Virus record (IMG/VR): IMGVR_UViG_3300036791_001093
Location: 1 to 59,212 of that record
Direction: 5' to 3' (one strand)
Source of the DNA: a virus
Taxonomy: Duplodnaviria; Caudoviricetes
DNA length: 59,212 nucleotides
Part shown: positions 58,026 to 59,212 of the stretch, in pieces
Numbering within the stretch: position 1 is the first letter of the stretch
Layout of the letters: each line of letters begins with the position of its first letter
Notes under the pieces: model-generated
Databases searched by the model: none
What the model saw: the letters and a program-made list of their open reading frames with translations, nothing else
Told to the model about the DNA's origin: nothing
Program-made: the position numbers and the translations under genes

Positions 58026-58481
58026 TCAGTCCCCGAGGTGAAGGTTGATCGTGAGGCCGACCGCGGCCAGTGCGGCGGCTCTGGTGCTGGCAGTTGCCTT
58101 CTGTTCGACACTGGCGTCAAGCCCAGCGGCGCGGACCGTAAATTTTATGAGGTCGGCTTTCACTGCGGCGGGCACTTGATCCAGGGGCTTGTGAATCAAG
58201 GCCCAGCTCGTTTTCAGTAATTCCTCGCTCTGAGCGCGCGCTTTCAATTTGAATGAGGCGCCTTCCTCCTGAAGTGTCTCGGTTGCCTGAGTGACTGCCC
58301 GCCGGAAAGCTGAGTCATTGCGAAGACGCTCGTACTCGAAGCGGCCGATGCCGTAGGCGGCGCAGATGTCCTTGACGGGCTGCTGACGCAGCGCGAGCTC
58401 CAGCGGGAGACTGGGAGGCCAGCCCAGAGTCGCCGGATCAGCAACTAAATCCATGTATTGTATAGGGCCGTTGCTATTCAT
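58026..58481 (-). CDS. putative terminase small subunit
   Basis: First gene of the late arm; HTH-like N-terminus, C-terminal INLHLG strand. Confidence 0.55.
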   Translation of the reverse strand: MNSNGPIQYMDLVADPATLGWPPSLPLELALRQQPVKDICAAYGIGRFEYERLRNDSAFRRAVTQATETLQEEGASFKLKARAQSEELLKTSWALIHKPLDQVPAAVKADLIKFTVRAAGLDASVEQKATASTRAAALAAVGLTINLHLGD

Positions 58482-58562
58482 GCGTGGGACTCTAGCACGC
58501 GGGTTGCGTGTGCTCAACTATGACATAATTTGTAGTGGTTTATTTTTTAGTAAAAAAATTTT

Positions 58563-58646
58563 TTGTACGTAATTTGTTTGGTTGGTCAGAAAACAGGAAA
58601 ATCCTTGTACGTAATTTGTTTGGTTGGCCAGAAAACAGGAAAATTC
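58563..58646. repeat. 42-bp tandem duplication (2 mismatches)
   Basis: TTGTACGTAATTTGTTTGGTTGGYCAGAAAACAGGAAAATYC x2. Confidence 0.9.
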
Positions 58647-58735
58647 TACGTTGGACCAGCAAGTTAGCAGCAGACCTCGCGCGCTGCCCCCTTCTACCGG
58701 CCGGGGTAGATGGGTAAGAATTCCTATTCCGGACC

Positions 58736-58752
58736 TGTTACATCGTGTAACA
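58736..58752. promoter_or_regulatory. 17-bp palindromic operator-like site, copy 7
   Basis: TGTTACATCGTGTAACA, 9 bp upstream of a TTGACA box. Confidence 0.8.
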
Positions 58753-58761
58753 CAAGCCGAT

Positions 58762-58789
58762 TTGACAAATCAATCAAATGGTGTACTAT
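58762..58789 (+). promoter_or_regulatory. sigma70-like promoter TTGACA-16-TACTAT
   Basis: Upstream of the rightward ORF at 58826. Confidence 0.65.
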
Positions 58790-58825
58790 GATGGCAGTTA
58801 AATGACTGAACAAAGGACCCATCCA

Positions 58826-59212
58826 ATGACTAACAACGTGACCAAACTCCAGGTACTGCCAAAGGCAAAGACGCCATCGCCACGCCGCAAGACGAAGACA
58901 GCGCTACGCCATACCATGATGACGTCGTGCGCCATTGGCGCGGTCGCCGTCACACTGACAGGCTTAAGCCTGTCTCACTTGGCCCATGGCATTGAGCTCG
59001 TTACGAGCTCGCCTAGCTGGCAAGCGTGGGCAATGGCCTGCGGCATAGACCTGGGGTTTGTCGCCCTAGAATTGGCAATGGTTACCGCAGGGGACAAGCT
59101 TCGGAAGCAAATCGCAAGATTGGCGAACCCGACAATCATCGGCACGCTGGCCGGATCGGCAACGCTCAACGCCTTCGCCTTTGCCGCTGGGGCAAGCGGC
59201 TTAGGGCAACAG
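58826..59212 (+). CDS. multi-pass membrane protein (DUF2637-like), truncated by the window end
   Basis: AAGGA SD; LSLSHLAHG..WAMACGIDLGFVALE..SATLN; no stop in the window. Confidence 0.65.
   Translation, partial: MTNNVTKLQVLPKAKTPSPRRKTKTALRHTMMTSCAIGAVAVTLTGLSLSHLAHGIELVTSSPSWQAWAMACGIDLGFVALELAMVTAGDKLRKQIARLANPTIIGTLAGSATLNAFAFAAGASGLGQQ

Overview
This window is most of the genome (about 59 kb) of a tailed dsDNA phage with a podovirus-like virion, probably infecting an alphaproteobacterium (inferred from a DUF3489-like protein and GC-rich codon usage). The + strand arm (58826 to the window end, then 722-22829) carries early genes (MoxR-like AAA ATPase, vWA/HEXXH protein, DUF3150-like protein, many small ORFs) and replication genes (intein-containing family A DNA polymerase, MT-A70 methylase, DEDDh exonuclease, PD-(D/E)XK nuclease, VRR-NUC, SNF2 helicase, SSB-like protein, primase-DUF927). 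The - strand arm (22826-58481) carries terminase, portal, scaffold, an N4-gp56-like major capsid protein, adaptor, internal virion proteins and tail proteins. It is interrupted by a + strand block (33230-37358) holding a holin-like gene, a processive GT2 synthase plus an HlyD-like partner, and an endolysin. Most notable: (1) the polymerase intein encodes its HNH homing endonuclease in a different, overlapping reading frame; (2) a putative exopolysaccharide synthase pair sits in the lysis block; (3) a 17-bp palindrome TGTTACA-N3-TGTAACA occurs 7 times, at promoters and inside coding regions, together with a 16-bp start-associated repeat at about 11 early genes. I saw no integrase, tRNA or CRISPR array. 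All family assignments come from motif recognition by eye, not database searches.
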